Shown here: positions 42,129-51,289 of the stretch, in pieces
How the letters are laid out: every line of letters begins with the position of its first letter
Position numbering within the stretch: the stretch's first letter is position 1
NCBI GenBank assembly: GCA_965204725.1
Contig: OZ242005.1
Location: forward strand, 2,464,001-2,528,000
Source: Candidatus Latescibacterota bacterium
GTDB lineage: Bacteria > Latescibacterota > UBA2968 > UBA8231
Direction of reading: 5' to 3'
DNA: 64,000 nucleotides
The notes under the pieces: generated by a model
The model's input: only the letters and a program-made list of their open reading frames with translations
Told to the model about the DNA's origin: nothing
Databases searched by the model: none
Position numbers and translations under genes: made by a program

Positions 42129-43685
42129 ATGTACCTGTCCATCCTTCGATTAGGGATGCTCCTAACACTAGCGGCGCTTGGCGTCCCAGCGGCAGCGCAG
42201 CCCGAATTATTCTTTGCCGCGGGCGTCGATAGCACCGGCTGGGCGCAGGCGCAAAGCAATGCCGACGGCCATGTGCTGATTGAATCGCCGCAGTACCAAC
42301 GGGGTCTGTGGCTGCACTTGGTCGATGACGCGGGAGACGCGCTCGTCGGCCTTCAGGTCGAATACCAAGAGCGTCCCGACCGCTTGGTGGCGATTCGCTG
42401 CGTCGATCCGGCCAGAAAGGTGCGGGAGACGCTAATTTGGACTCGACCCGAAGGCGATGCCCTCCGCTTGACGCTCAAGCCGAAAGAAGGCGGCGACCTG
42501 CCAGCGGGGCTAGCGTCCATAGACTGGCAAATCGACCCGAGTGTTGAATCGCTGCTCGATCCAGTGGAAGAGACCCGGCTGATCGGCTGGGAAGCGGTGG
42601 GGGCATTTCTGCGGGAACGCTGGCAGAATCAAGCCGGACGAGTGGCGGTGCAGTTCAATGCCCGTACCTTGGCGATTGAGGTGGATCACCCGGAGAGCGC
42701 AGAGACGCTGGTGGCACACCTGCAACAGGCACAGCAGCCAGCCGAGGCCGCGCTCGGAGCAATCAGCCCCTTGAAAATGCAAATGCAGATATTTGCGGGG
42801 AATCTTGGTCTGCAAGAAGGCGTCATCCTCGACGTCTCTTTATTCGATGACCCGAATCTGGAGCGTATGGTGAGAGCAGCACTAGGCCGACCGCAAGGCC
42901 CTTTTACACCAGAGGATTTTGCTACGCTGACCGAGCTTGGACCTGGCGGGCAAGATATTCGTAGTTTGGCGGGTATCGAGTACTTTGCGGCCCTGCTAAC
43001 GCTGGATTTACACCGCAACCAGATTACTGACCTGACCCCACTAAACCAACTAAAAAACCTGATGCGGCTATGGCTGGGCCGAAACCAGATTGACGACCTG
43101 ACCCCACTAAACCAATTGAAAAACCTGAATGCGCTAAATCTGTGGGGCAATCAGATCGTTGATCTGACTCCAATTAGCCAATTAAAAAACCTGCAAGACC
43201 TAGATCTAGACGACAACCAGATTGTTGACCTGACCCCAATCAGCCAATTGAAAAACCTAGATACGCTAGCCCTGGGCCGAAACCAGATTGTTGACCTGAC
43301 CCCACTAAACCAACTAAAAAACCTGAATGCGCTATGGCTGTACAGCAATCAGATCGTTGATCTGACTCCAATTAGCCAATTAAAAAACCTGAATACGCTA
43401 GTCCTGAGCCGAAACCAGATTGTTGACCTGACCCCACTAAACCAATTAAAAAACCTGAATAGGCTATTCCTGAGCTACAACCAGATTGTTGACCTGACCC
43501 CACTAAACCAATTAAAAAACCTGCAATACCTAGGTCTAGAAGACAACCAGATTGTTGACCTGACCCCGATAAGCCAACTAAAAAACCTGAATAGGCTATA
43601 TCTGTACGACAACCCCCTCAGCGACCAAGCCCTAACCGAACAGATCCCCGCCCTAGAGGCAAGGGGCGTCACCGTCTCCTACTAA
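42129..43685 (+). CDS. Secreted LRR protein 5 (~10 LRRs)
   Basis: Start reassigned to ATG 42129 (MYLSIL) by alignment with LRR4. Confidence 0.92.
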   Translation: MYLSILRLGMLLTLAALGVPAAAQPELFFAAGVDSTGWAQAQSNADGHVLIESPQYQRGLWLHLVDDAGDALVGLQVEYQERPDRLVAIRCVDPARKVRETLIWTRPEGDALRLTLKPKEGGDLPAGLASIDWQIDPSVESLLDPVEETRLIGWEAVGAFLRERWQNQAGRVAVQFNARTLAIEVDHPESAETLVAHLQQAQQPAEAALGAISPLKMQMQIFAGNLGLQEGVILDVSLFDDPNLERMVRAALGRPQGPFTPEDFATLTELGPGGQDIRSLAGIEYFAALLTLDLHRNQITDLTPLNQLKNLMRLWLGRNQIDDLTPLNQLKNLNALNLWGNQIVDLTPISQLKNLQDLDLDDNQIVDLTPISQLKNLDTLALGRNQIVDLTPLNQLKNLNALWLYSNQIVDLTPISQLKNLNTLVLSRNQIVDLTPLNQLKNLNRLFLSYNQIVDLTPLNQLKNLQYLGLEDNQIVDLTPISQLKNLNRLYLYDNPLSDQALTEQIPALEARGVTVSY

Positions 43686-43722
43686 CCCCCCATCCGTCCC
43701 CCTTCACCGAAAGGCCCCCACC

Positions 43723-46029
43723 ATGAAAGCCCAACTCACCCTCCTCCTCGCCCTACTGGCCCCCCTCCCCGCCCTCAGCATCGGCTACGTGTACACCGGC
43801 GTGGGCGACGACGGCCGCCAGAACCTCGAACTGACCTCGGTCACCGTCGAGGTGCAGATCGACGAGCGCATCGCCCGCACGCGCACCGACCAGATCTTCA
43901 CCAATCACGCCGAATGGGAGGTGGAAGGCATCTACGAATTCACCTTGCCCGAAGGGGCCATCATCACCGATCTGGTGCTGTGGATCGACGACAAGCGGAT
44001 ACAGGGGCTCATCCTCGAAAAGGAAGAGGCGCGTCAGACGTATGACGCCATCGTGGCCCAGCGCATCGACCCGGCCCTAATTGAGCAGTTGGCCCCCAAC
44101 CAATTTCGCCTGAGCATCTTCCCCTTTCCGGCCAACGGCAGCCGCCGCGTCGAATTCGAGTACATGCAGCTCCTCGAAGCCCGCAGCGGCCGCCTCAACT
44201 ACACCTTCCCGCTCGCCCCCGAGACCGACCAACCCCTGCAAATGGAGCTATTCGTGCTGCGCGCCCAAGTGCGTAGCCAGCACGCCTTTGAGGCGACGAC
44301 CTCGGGCCTGCCGCGGCTCACCGAGATAAACCGGCCCGACGCGCACCACGCCAACATCTTCTTCGGCGACGAGCAGATCAGGCCCCGCGAGGACTTCACC
44401 CTGACCATCCGCCAGACGGACGACGAGCCCAAGCCCACCGTGCTCAGCTTCGCGCCGCAAGGCAACGACTCCTTGGGCTACTACGCCCTGTGGCTGCCGC
44501 CCCTGCCCGAGTTGACCCAAGGCGACCCCTTGCCGCAAAGCCTGACCTTTGTCATCGACATCTCGTCGAGCATGCAGCAGGGCAAGCTCCAAGCCGTCAA
44601 AGGCGCACTCGCCGCGGCCATTGACGAGCTAGACGCAACGGATTTGTTCAACATCGTCGTCTTCTCCCACCGGGCCGACTCCTTTGCCGCGGCCCCGGTG
44701 CCCGCCGATCCGGCCAACAAGAAGGCGGCCACGGCCTTCATCAACCAGCAAGACGCGCTCGGCGTGAGCAATTTTGAGGCGGGCTTGGGCCGCGCCATGC
44801 AGCAAGCCTTCCCCGCCAGCCGGGTCAATCACGTCATCTTCCTCACCGACGGCCTGCCCACCCTCGGCGAAGTTGAGTTGGAACCCTTGAGTGAGCTGGT
44901 GGGCCAGTGGGCCGCCGACCGAGCGCGCCTTTTCACCATCGGCGTGGGGCGGGACGTGGACCGAGGTTTTTTGACCGGCTTGGCCGAGGAGCAGCGCGGC
45001 GAGGCGTACTTCCTCTCGGAAGAAGGCGATATTGAAGCCGCGCTCCAAGAACTGTTTGAGTCCTTGGTCTTTCCCGTCTTGCTGCTCGACGAGCTGCGCT
45101 TCGACCCAGTGGAAATCCACGACGTCCACCCGCGCGGGGTGGAGGCCCTAGCGGCCGGCCGCGAGTTGTTCCAAGTGGGCCGCTATCGGGGCGGCGGGGC
45201 CCTTACGTTGAACTTGACCGGCCACGTGGGCGACGAGACGGTGAGCTTGGACTTCCCGCTGGAGTTCACCCAGACCGATGTCTCAGGCACCTTGATTCCC
45301 CGGCTGTGGGCCTACCAGAAGGTGCAGGCCCTCGAAGGGCAGATCGCCCGCTTTGGCGAGCAACAGGAACTGCTCGACGACATCCTAACGCTGGGCCTAG
45401 ACTATCGGTTGGTGACGCGGCGCACCTCCCTGTTTGCCCCGGACGACGGCGTCGAGGTCAATCCCGAACCACGCGAGGGAGAGTTGGCTTTTGATCCCGG
45501 CGACCTTTTTGGATCGACCGACATCAACGACGCCCGCCCGACGACCCATTGGTTGGGCCGCGACTTTATGCTGCAAGACGAAGTGTGGATTGACCTAGCG
45601 TATCAGCCGAGCATGCCCAAGGAGCTATACGAAGGCCGCGCCTATCAGCCGGCCGAGCTAGCCAACTTTGCCCGGTTGGGCGAAGCCATGCTGGTGGTCG
45701 TGGAAGAGCGGGCCTACGAGATCCGCCCGAATGCCCAAGGCAGCCGGCCGGTGCTCCTCCAGAACGCCCCCAACCCCTTCAACGCCTCCACGGCGATCTC
45801 CTTCCTGATACCGTTCCGCCTAGCGGACGAGGCGATCCACCTGAGCATCTACAACTTGGCCGGCCAAGTCGTGCGCGTACTACAGCCCGATACGCAGCAG
45901 GCCGGCGAGCATCGCCTGAGTTGGGATGGCCGCGACGAGCAAGGCCGCGAAGTGGCTAGCGGGGTGTATATCTATCGGCTGAATGTGGGAGGGTGGGCCG
46001 TGCATCGGCGCATGGTGCTGCTGCGCTGA
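43723..46029 (+). CDS. Secreted VIT + vWA + FlgD-Ig domain protein
   Basis: FTN...EGIYEFTLPEGA...DPALIE (VIT); DISSSM and LTDG (MIDAS); QNAPNPFN...WDGRDEQGREVASGVY. Confidence 0.9.
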   Translation: MKAQLTLLLALLAPLPALSIGYVYTGVGDDGRQNLELTSVTVEVQIDERIARTRTDQIFTNHAEWEVEGIYEFTLPEGAIITDLVLWIDDKRIQGLILEKEEARQTYDAIVAQRIDPALIEQLAPNQFRLSIFPFPANGSRRVEFEYMQLLEARSGRLNYTFPLAPETDQPLQMELFVLRAQVRSQHAFEATTSGLPRLTEINRPDAHHANIFFGDEQIRPREDFTLTIRQTDDEPKPTVLSFAPQGNDSLGYYALWLPPLPELTQGDPLPQSLTFVIDISSSMQQGKLQAVKGALAAAIDELDATDLFNIVVFSHRADSFAAAPVPADPANKKAATAFINQQDALGVSNFEAGLGRAMQQAFPASRVNHVIFLTDGLPTLGEVELEPLSELVGQWAADRARLFTIGVGRDVDRGFLTGLAEEQRGEAYFLSEEGDIEAALQELFESLVFPVLLLDELRFDPVEIHDVHPRGVEALAAGRELFQVGRYRGGGALTLNLTGHVGDETVSLDFPLEFTQTDVSGTLIPRLWAYQKVQALEGQIARFGEQQELLDDILTLGLDYRLVTRRTSLFAPDDGVEVNPEPREGELAFDPGDLFGSTDINDARPTTHWLGRDFMLQDEVWIDLAYQPSMPKELYEGRAYQPAELANFARLGEAMLVVVEERAYEIRPNAQGSRPVLLQNAPNPFNASTAISFLIPFRLADEAIHLSIYNLAGQVVRVLQPDTQQAGEHRLSWDGRDEQGREVASGVYIYRLNVGGWAVHRRMVLLR

Positions 46030-46065
46030 GGGGGTGTGCTTGGCGGCAAGCTGGCGGCTGGCCTC

Positions 46066-47121
46066 TTAGTCCACCACGGGGTTTTCCAAATAAGCCAAGA
46101 GCAACCGCGCCGTGTTGACGATGCCGTCCCACGCGCAGATTTCGTATCCGTGCGTGTTGTCGCCGGGATAGCCAATCAGCGCAGCGCGCGCAATGGCACC
46201 GGACGTTTTGGCAATGGACGAGTCGCTGGAGTACGACGTGAGGACGGCCGTTTGGATGCCGAACCCGGCGGCCGCGGCTAGGGCGTCAAAGCGGTCGATG
46301 ATGCGGGCGTCGTACAGGCCGCGGCTGTCGCAGACGCCGATGATGGGGTCGCGGCTGTTGGCCGTGCCATACTCAGCCGCGACCGGCGCAATGTCGATGG
46401 CAACAGCCGCGTCAACCGGCAGCCGCCCGAGCGCGTAGAGCGCGCCGTGCCCGCCGATTTCCTCGCTGGAACTGGCCACGAGATATACGTCTTGGGCCGG
46501 TCGGTTCGCCCGCAAGTGTAGGCCCGCTTCGAGCATGGCCGCCAAGCCGGCGCGGCAATCGAGGTTGTAGCCGCAGACGCAATCGCCCAGCCGCCAGAGA
46601 GCCTTGTGCCTACCGGCGATGACCACCCGAGTGCCGGCGCGGATCCCGCGCTGGGCCAACTCCTCGGCCGAGAGCCTCGTTTCAACCCACATCTGTTCCC
46701 ATTTGAGGGGATGGCTGTCTTTGAGCCGCCCGGCCGGGCTCTCGGTGGAGACGTGCTTGGCGCCGGTGGAGAGTACGCCCGGGCAGAGACCGTCTCGCGC
46801 CATGATCTCGACCGGGCTTTCTCCGAGTGCCCAAGGGTGCAAGCCGCCCAAGGGCTGCACTCGGATTTTGCCGTCGGATTCAACGCGCTTGACGATGAGG
46901 GCGATCTCGTCCTTGTGGGCGACGGCGGCCACGGGCTGATCGTGGCGTTGGCCCTTGACGTGGATGATGATGTTGTCGGCCGCGTCCTGCCAGACGGCGT
47001 CGCCGATGGGGGCGGCGAGCTCGGTGACGAGGGCATCCATAGCGGCTTCCGCACCCGAAGGCGCGTGCGCGGCAATCAGTTGCTCGACAAAGCCGTAGAG
47101 GCGTTGGGCATCAATGGTCAT
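46066..47121 (-). CDS. M42 family metallopeptidase
   Basis: APSGAE, AHKDEI, LDCR, EEIG, NTHGYE. Confidence 0.9.
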   Translation of the reverse strand: MTIDAQRLYGFVEQLIAAHAPSGAEAAMDALVTELAAPIGDAVWQDAADNIIIHVKGQRHDQPVAAVAHKDEIALIVKRVESDGKIRVQPLGGLHPWALGESPVEIMARDGLCPGVLSTGAKHVSTESPAGRLKDSHPLKWEQMWVETRLSAEELAQRGIRAGTRVVIAGRHKALWRLGDCVCGYNLDCRAGLAAMLEAGLHLRANRPAQDVYLVASSSEEIGGHGALYALGRLPVDAAVAIDIAPVAAEYGTANSRDPIIGVCDSRGLYDARIIDRFDALAAAAGFGIQTAVLTSYSSDSSIAKTSGAIARAALIGYPGDNTHGYEICAWDGIVNTARLLLAYLENPVVD

Positions 47122-47125
47122 CGGG

Positions 47126-47935
47126 TCATTCTGCTTCCAGAACGTCCGGATCTAGCTGATACCAAAACACCGTGCCGGATTCAATGAGGTCCTGTATCCG
47201 ATCATCGCAGCGCAGACCGGCGACGGCGGGGTATGCCCGCCTATCTGTGAACTGGGTCAGTAACTTGGCGTTGCGCATGGCTCGATGGGTATCCCGTCCA
47301 TTGGCGGTGAAGGAGATTTCTACGGCAATGTAACAAAGGTCGCCATCGGAGTCGGTGGCCTCCATAATCAGGTCGGCCCGGCGGTAGCTCTTCAACTCGT
47401 TTGCGGGAATGGTCGACGTGTTGGCATGGTCGGTCAGCGTCCACAGATCATCTTGCGTGAGGTTTTTCGTCCGCCGCAGGCCCATTTCCCTAGCGATGGT
47501 AGTGGCTTCTCTGAGCGCGGCGGTGCGGGCGTGACCGCCTTTGAGTATGCCGACATCATTTTGGATAGACCTCACTTGGGTTTTGAGGGTGCTGACGTCT
47601 TCTTTCAGGGTGCTAACGTCTTCTTTGAGGGTGCTAACGTCTTTTTTCAGCGTACTGACATCTTTTTTCAGCGTACTGACGTCTTCTTGGATAACCTCTA
47701 CTTTGGTTTCAAGGGCATCGAGACGTCGGTTCGTGGCCTCGACGAAGCTGTGTATCTCGGCGACGAAGTTGTGCATCTCAGCGACGAAGCTGTGCATCTC
47801 GGCGACGAACTGAGTGAACTTTTTGGGCAGTTCGATCAATTCGCGCGACAGCAGCCGAGTGTTCAGGGCCTCAACCCAATCGGGGTTTTCGTCCAGTACG
47901 CGAAGCAAGTCTTCCATGGTATGGATCGTGGTCAT
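47126..47935 (-). CDS. Coiled-coil heptad-repeat protein with PD-(D/E)xK-like C-terminal domain
   Basis: FVAEMHS and EDVSTLK heptads; ADLIM...AVEIS...RA..NA C-terminal domain. Confidence 0.7.
   Translation of the reverse strand: MTTIHTMEDLLRVLDENPDWVEALNTRLLSRELIELPKKFTQFVAEMHSFVAEMHNFVAEIHSFVEATNRRLDALETKVEVIQEDVSTLKKDVSTLKKDVSTLKEDVSTLKEDVSTLKTQVRSIQNDVGILKGGHARTAALREATTIAREMGLRRTKNLTQDDLWTLTDHANTSTIPANELKSYRRADLIMEATDSDGDLCYIAVEISFTANGRDTHRAMRNAKLLTQFTDRRAYPAVAGLRCDDRIQDLIESGTVFWYQLDPDVLEAE
47582..47803 (-). repeat. Two in-frame 21-bp tandem repeat tracts
   Basis: 5 units at 47582-47686 and 3 units at 47741-47803. Confidence 0.9.
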
Positions 47936-48129
47936 AGCTTTTCCCTAGGTCTTTTAATTTTTGTCCGCATCAGAAATTCGCGGACCTATAAACGCTGCCT
48001 TTTGAGACATAGCCATTTTATTTGGCGTTTTGGAGCCAACGAATTGGTCAACTTAATCTATTATATAGGCAGGAAAGGCCCCGTCAAGCGCAAGACTCGG
48101 GCGCTCTCTTGGGCAGCGCAGAAAAGCGA

Positions 48130-48738
48130 TCAGGCCGAAGCGGCGAGCGACCCAATAACCTCTTCGGCCAGCCCGCGCAAGGTCTTTTGCAGCCGCAGGC
48201 GGCCCCGGTTGACGCGCGATTTGACCGTGCCTACGGGGCAATTAATGATCTTGGCGATTTCCTCGTACGAGAGCCCGTTCATATCGCGGAGGAGCACGGC
48301 GGCGCGAAATTCTGTGGGCAACCCCTCAATGGCATGGACGACGAGGGACTTGACGCGGTTGCCATCGGTCTGTTCGCCGGGCAGGGGGTCTTTGGCCACC
48401 GGTTCGTAAAAAGCGGCGGTCTGTTCGTCGTCACTGGGGCTGATCGGAATCCAATGCCAGCGCTTGCGGCGGCGCAGCTCGGTCTTGGCCAAGTTGCCGG
48501 CAATGGTGTAGAGCCAAGTGGAAACCTGTTCGATGGCTGGGTACTGGTGGCTGTGGCGCAGGCAGCGGAGAAAAGTCTCTTGGACGATATCCTCGGCCGT
48601 TTCCCTATCGCCGACAAAGCGATAGACGAAGTTGTACAGGGGTGTGCGGTAGCGTTTGACCAGTACGCCGAGGTGGCCTTGGTCCTCGGCGGCCCGCAGC
48701 AAAACTTCCCTATCTGTGAGCTCCTTCATTGCTTCCAT
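48130..48738 (-). CDS. ECF sigma-70 family RNA polymerase sigma factor
   Basis: AEDIVQETF, STWLYTIA, LSYEEIA, GTVKSRVNRGR; start ATG 48738 after AAGGAG. Confidence 0.95.
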   Translation of the reverse strand: MEAMKELTDREVLLRAAEDQGHLGVLVKRYRTPLYNFVYRFVGDRETAEDIVQETFLRCLRHSHQYPAIEQVSTWLYTIAGNLAKTELRRRKRWHWIPISPSDDEQTAAFYEPVAKDPLPGEQTDGNRVKSLVVHAIEGLPTEFRAAVLLRDMNGLSYEEIAKIINCPVGTVKSRVNRGRLRLQKTLRGLAEEVIGSLAASA

Positions 48739-48834
48739 GGTGCGCTCCTTTTCAGTGAAGTGCGCCGCTTGCTGAGGGCAAGACGACACAACTCAAGCGA
48801 TTATCGTCATGGCTATACGTCGTATTAAAACATT

Positions 48835-48850
48835 AGCAAAAACCGTGCCA
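48835..48850 (-). promoter_or_regulatory. Sigma54 -24/-12 promoter
   Basis: Minus strand TGGCACGGTTTTTGCT matches the TGGCACG-N4-TTGCW consensus. Confidence 0.8.
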
Positions 48851-48925
48851 TTACTTTTTAGGTGAAAAAGTGCCTTTTGTCGCCCGTTTTTAGGGGGTAT
48901 TGGCAACAAAAAGCCGAATGCAGCA

Positions 48926-48958
48926 CTCAGAAATTTGAGGGTCCTCAGAAATCTGAGG
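48926..48958. promoter_or_regulatory. Tandem palindromic sites (candidate enhancer-binding protein sites)
   Basis: CTCAGAAATTTGAG and CCTCAGAAATCTGAGG, 18-bp period, ~75-110 bp upstream of the sigma54 box. Confidence 0.6.
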
Positions 48959-49039
48959 CGCGTCTTTTGACAGATACCGGGGCAAACAGTAGATTTCGCG
49001 CCGGTAAATTCGCGTAATTGCTCAAAACGGAGTGCGCTC

Positions 49040-49651
49040 GTGCAAGAGTTGGCCACGCGCTTGGAGGCATTGTGCCAAGCCAAGGGGGCCGAGAAGTTCT
49101 CGGCCGAAGAAATAGTCGAGCTGTTGGCAGACGGCGAAGAGGTAGCTTGGATCGTCGATCAAGTGCTGCCGGCAGCGGCTGAGGCCGATCGCCGCGAAAT
49201 GGGCCAAGTGCTGGCCGAGATCGCCGAGGCCGTGGCACCGGCTCCCGCCGCAGGCGAAGAGGAACCGGCTGCTGTGGAGGAGTTGGACTTGGCCCAGCTT
49301 CAGCAAGCTCTGCCGGCCGGGGTTGACGTGCAGCAGGTCGAGGACATGCTGCGCTCGCCGCAAGGGGCCTTGTTGGCCGATTTTAGTGCTTTTTGCCAAG
49401 AGCGCGGGTTCGAGGGCGAGCAAAGCGAAGCGGAGACGAACGACGCCATAAGGGAACTGCACGAAGAATGGCTACAGACGCCGCGCCCCGCGCTAGAAGG
49501 CAAAAAACCGGCCGCCGTGCTAGAGGGCGGTCGGCTCTTTCCCGGCAAGGTAGAGACCTTCCGCCGCCAAACCCCCAAGGTCGGTCGCAACGACCCATGC
49601 CCCTGCGGCAGCGGCAAGAAATTCAAAAGATGCTGCGGCAAGGCCGCTTGA
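49040..49651 (+). CDS. SEC-C motif domain protein
   Basis: [21 protein letters not shown]-terminus. Confidence 0.9.
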   Translation: MQELATRLEALCQAKGAEKFSAEEIVELLADGEEVAWIVDQVLPAAAEADRREMGQVLAEIAEAVAPAPAAGEEEPAAVEELDLAQLQQALPAGVDVQQVEDMLRSPQGALLADFSAFCQERGFEGEQSEAETNDAIRELHEEWLQTPRPALEGKKPAAVLEGGRLFPGKVETFRRQTPKVGRNDPCPCGSGKKFKRCCGKAA

Positions 49652-49652
49652 A

Positions 49653-50192
49653 ATGACCCAACTCTGCCCCTCTACGGCCATTGAAGGCGTTTATGTCGCC
49701 GCGCTACAATCGCACGGCGACGAGCGGGGCCGCTTTACCGAGGTGTATCGCCAAGAGTGGTTTCCCCAGCACTGGGACGCCTTGCAGTGGAACCGTTCGG
49801 ACTCGCAACAGGGCGTGTTGCGCGGCCTGCACTATCACCACCACCAAATTGACTACTGGCACTGCGGCATGGGCGCGTTGCGCGTCGGGCTGCTCGATCT
49901 GCGCCGCAGCTCGCCGACCCGCGGTCGGGGGCAGGTCCTCGAATTAGGTCAAGAGCTATTGCAGGGCGTCTTTATCCCGGCGGGGGTCGCGCACGGCTTT
50001 TACGCCGTTACCAACGCAATGCTTTTTTATTTAGTCGATGCTTACTACGACGGCACGGACGAGTGGGGAGTGGCTTGGGACGATCCCGATGGGGGATTGG
50101 ACTGGGGCATTGAGGGGACGCCGATCCTCTCGCCGCGAGATCGGGCGAATCCGCGACTGCGAGACATTCCCGCCGAGGATCTGCCGAGCTAG
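49653..50192 (+). CDS. rfbC: dTDP-4-dehydrorhamnose 3,5-epimerase
   Basis: DERGRF, GVLRGLHY, DLRRSSPT, GVAHGF, WDDP, LSPRD. Confidence 0.92.
   Translation: MTQLCPSTAIEGVYVAALQSHGDERGRFTEVYRQEWFPQHWDALQWNRSDSQQGVLRGLHYHHHQIDYWHCGMGALRVGLLDLRRSSPTRGRGQVLELGQELLQGVFIPAGVAHGFYAVTNAMLFYLVDAYYDGTDEWGVAWDDPDGGLDWGIEGTPILSPRDRANPRLRDIPAEDLPS
50111..50192 (+). repeat. Left boundary repeat of island (rfbC 3' end)
   Basis: 55 of the first 60 nt are identical to 55204-55263. Confidence 0.92.
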
Positions 50193-50419
50193 GATACGTT
50201 GTTCGACCGCCGAGTACTGATCCCTTATTGAAGTTCAAACCGCTCAATCTAACATAGATGATATGGTGGTATGGGAGTGGACGGAAATCTCCCATGTACC
50301 CTATTATTGAATAGATAATCTAAAGCGAATGAATCCGTTAGTTCGTGGGTGAAATTAGCCTGAATTGGCTGCCCGTGCTCATGCCGATGTGAGTACAAGG
50401 TTACAAAGGAGGTCCCCGA

Positions 50420-51289
50420 ATGATTGCAGAGACGAGCACCGTAGTCTATCGAGCCATCAGCTTGGGTGCAGGAGCCCAGAGTTCAGTCCTAGCACTTCTC
50501 TTGTCGCGGTCTGACCCTCGCTTGGTCGAACTTGGGTACCCCAAGCCGGACGTCGCTATATTCGCCGACACCGGATGGGAGCCGGACTATGTGTACCGTC
50601 ACTTGGACTGGCTTGAGGAGCAACTTGAGTATCCATTGCTTCGAGTGTCAGATGGCGACCTGAAGACCAACTTAAAAAAAGGACGCACGGTATCGAACCA
50701 TCGCTTTATCGATGTCCCTTTGTTTATGGTCAATCAGGATGGCAAGAAGGGCATGCTGCGACGACAATGCACCAACCACTACAAGATCAGACCTATCTAT
50801 CGTCGGATCAGGGAAGAGGCAGGTGGCCGGCGTGGCCGGCCATTCCCAAAGGGTGAACACGCCGAAATGTGGCTTGGGATTTCACTAGACGAGGTAGGCC
50901 GCATGAAGCCGAGTAGGGAATCTTGGGTTGAGCATCGCTGGCCGCTTGTGGATCTCGGCATGTCGCGCCGCGATTGCGTTGCGTGGTTCTCCGCTGAGTA
51001 TCCAGGCCGCCACTTGCCTCGATCGGCCTGTGTAATATGCCCGTACCGATCCGACGAACATTGGCTCGAACTAAAGAGGTCAGAACCAGCCAGTTACGAC
51101 GAAGCCGTAGAGTTCGACCGTTGGCTACGACGAAGCAAAAAGACGCCTGTACGCAAGCTGCTGAATGGCCGCCCATACCTTCACGCCGCACGGCGGCCTC
51201 TTAGCAGTATCATAGAAGAACGGGAGACGGAAGGCGCGAACGAGATCAACAACTTCAATAACGAGTGCGAGGGCCTCTGCGGTGTCTGA
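50420..51289 (+). CDS. PAPS-reductase-like / adenine nucleotide alpha-hydrolase (PP-loop) protein
   Basis: SLGAGAQSS, ADTGWEP, RQCTNHYKIRPI, GISLDE, SACVICPY, terminal ECEGLCGV; AGGAGG RBS. Confidence 0.8.
   Translation: MIAETSTVVYRAISLGAGAQSSVLALLLSRSDPRLVELGYPKPDVAIFADTGWEPDYVYRHLDWLEEQLEYPLLRVSDGDLKTNLKKGRTVSNHRFIDVPLFMVNQDGKKGMLRRQCTNHYKIRPIYRRIREEAGGRRGRPFPKGEHAEMWLGISLDEVGRMKPSRESWVEHRWPLVDLGMSRRDCVAWFSAEYPGRHLPRSACVICPYRSDEHWLELKRSEPASYDEAVEFDRWLRRSKKTPVRKLLNGRPYLHAARRPLSSIIEERETEGANEINNFNNECEGLCGV

Noticed and set aside
39600-43620. Regular 66-bp repeats with variable inserts, superficially CRISPR-like or DGR-like
   Set aside because: They are in-frame LRR codons; no cas or reverse transcriptase gene, and no template/variable repeat pair with adenine-specific differences was evident.
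35388-46029. Integron cassette array as the explanation for the LRR cluster
   Set aside because: No integrase and no convincing attC-like inverted structure between the genes.
50420-51289. Assimilatory CysH, or canonical DndC of a dnd operon
   Set aside because: It lacks the CysH ECGLH terminus and sulfate-assimilation neighbours; no dndB/D/E in the window.
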